Under the pieces are notes generated by a model, which worked only from the letters and a program-made list of their open reading frames with translations, ran no database searches and was not told the origin of the DNA. A stretch of DNA of 64,000 nucleotides, from NCBI RefSeq assembly GCF_006345805.1, contig NC_043021.1, forward strand, positions 22,010,001 to 22,074,000, given 5' to 3'. Below, one piece after another: positions 63,143 through 64,000 of the stretch (positions within the stretch are counted from its first letter, which is position 1; each line of letters begins with the position of its first letter). Both the position numbers and the translations under genes were made by a program. This DNA comes from Octopus sinensis. Lineage: Eukaryota.

Positions 63143-63966
63143 CATATATACTATGGGCTTCTTTCAGTTTCCGTCTACCAAATCCCGAGACTATGGTAGA
63201 AGACACTTGCCCAAGGTGCCACGCAGTGGGACTGAACCTGGAACCATGTGGTTAGTAAGCAAGCTACTTCCCACGAAGTATAATGAAAGGAAATATTGTA
63301 GTTGTAGACGAGCTTTAATCCAAGTTGGTACGCAACCAAAATTCATTCTATAAGTTGTTCCAGAGTCTGATTTAGTCCAAAGACAAAAAACGAAAAACTC
63401 TTCCTGAAATAAAAATTAGATTCTTCCTCAGGCATTACATAATGTTAGACATCCCTTTGAAGGATTTTGGTCCTCACCTCTTTAGTATATATATATATAT
63501 ACATATACGAGCAAAATGACCCCCCCCGTCCAATGGACGGTGCTGAGTTACTCTTTACTCTTTTACTCTTTTACTTGTTTCAGTCATTTGACTGCGGCCA
63601 TGCTGGAGCACTGCCTTTAATCGAGCAACTCGACCCCGGGACTTATTCTTTTGTAAGCCCAGTACTTATTCTATCGGTCTCTTTTGCCGAACCGCTAAGT
63701 AACAGGGACATAAAACCTACCACATCGGTTGTCAAGCAATGCTAGGGGGACACAACACAGACACACAAACATACACACGCATATATATATATATATATAT
63801 ATATATACATTATATGACGGGCTTCTTTCAGTTTCCGTCTACCAAATCCACTCACAAGGCTTTGGTCGGCCCGAGGCTATAGTAGAAGGTGCCACACAGT
63901 GGGACTGAACCCGGAACCATGTTGTTGGTAAACAAGCTACTTACCACACAGCCACTCCTGCGCCTA
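62955..63966 (-). mobile_element. Two S1 SINE copies (about 62955-63275 and 63550-63966)
   Basis: Reverse complement of the S1 consensus with internal deletions. Confidence 0.8.
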
Positions 63967-64000
63967 TTGTGAAACATTTGAACCAAATTTTCTCAAAACA

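Noticed and set aside
4380-63900. Hundreds of ORF-track entries ([16 protein letters not shown], poly-V/T/P/H/K/E)
   Set aside because: They are translations of TA/TG/CT/trinucleotide microsatellites or antisense frames of SINEs; there is no splice or composition support.

Overview
Eukaryotic, AT-rich, microsatellite-dense genomic DNA. The SINE and LINE families resemble those of octopods, so a cephalopod (probably Octopus) origin is inferred, not verified. There is one 100-N assembly gap. Most of the window appears to be intronic sequence of an unidentified multi-exon host gene on the + strand. Candidate exons lie at about 12.0, 19.2, 29.2, 56.7 and 57.5 kb, with compatible phases for 12.0/19.2/29.2 kb and for 56.7/57.5 kb. 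The introns are filled with tRNA-derived SINEs, RTE, CR1 and R4-Dong LINE fragments, a Penelope-like element (RT + GIY-YIG), mariner/Tc1 relics, hAT MITEs and Helitron/Helentron-like elements. Almost all entries in the ORF track are microsatellite artefacts. Main observations: (1) at least five distinct families of minimal type I hammerhead ribozyme motifs in Penelope-type terminal repeats. These include a composite non-autonomous element with a tRNA-derived Pol III head, an (AAT)n spacer and a hammerhead, and a family with a fixed non-canonical core (CUGAUGCG) that occurs in an inverted-plus-tandem array. (2) A near-identical inverted copy of a candidate coding exon 5 kb upstream, one of several locally templated insertions and a possible dsRNA/ADAR substrate. 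(3) A 14-bp tandem array carrying about 25 perfect AP-1 sites. All ribozyme folds were done by eye and none is experimentally tested.
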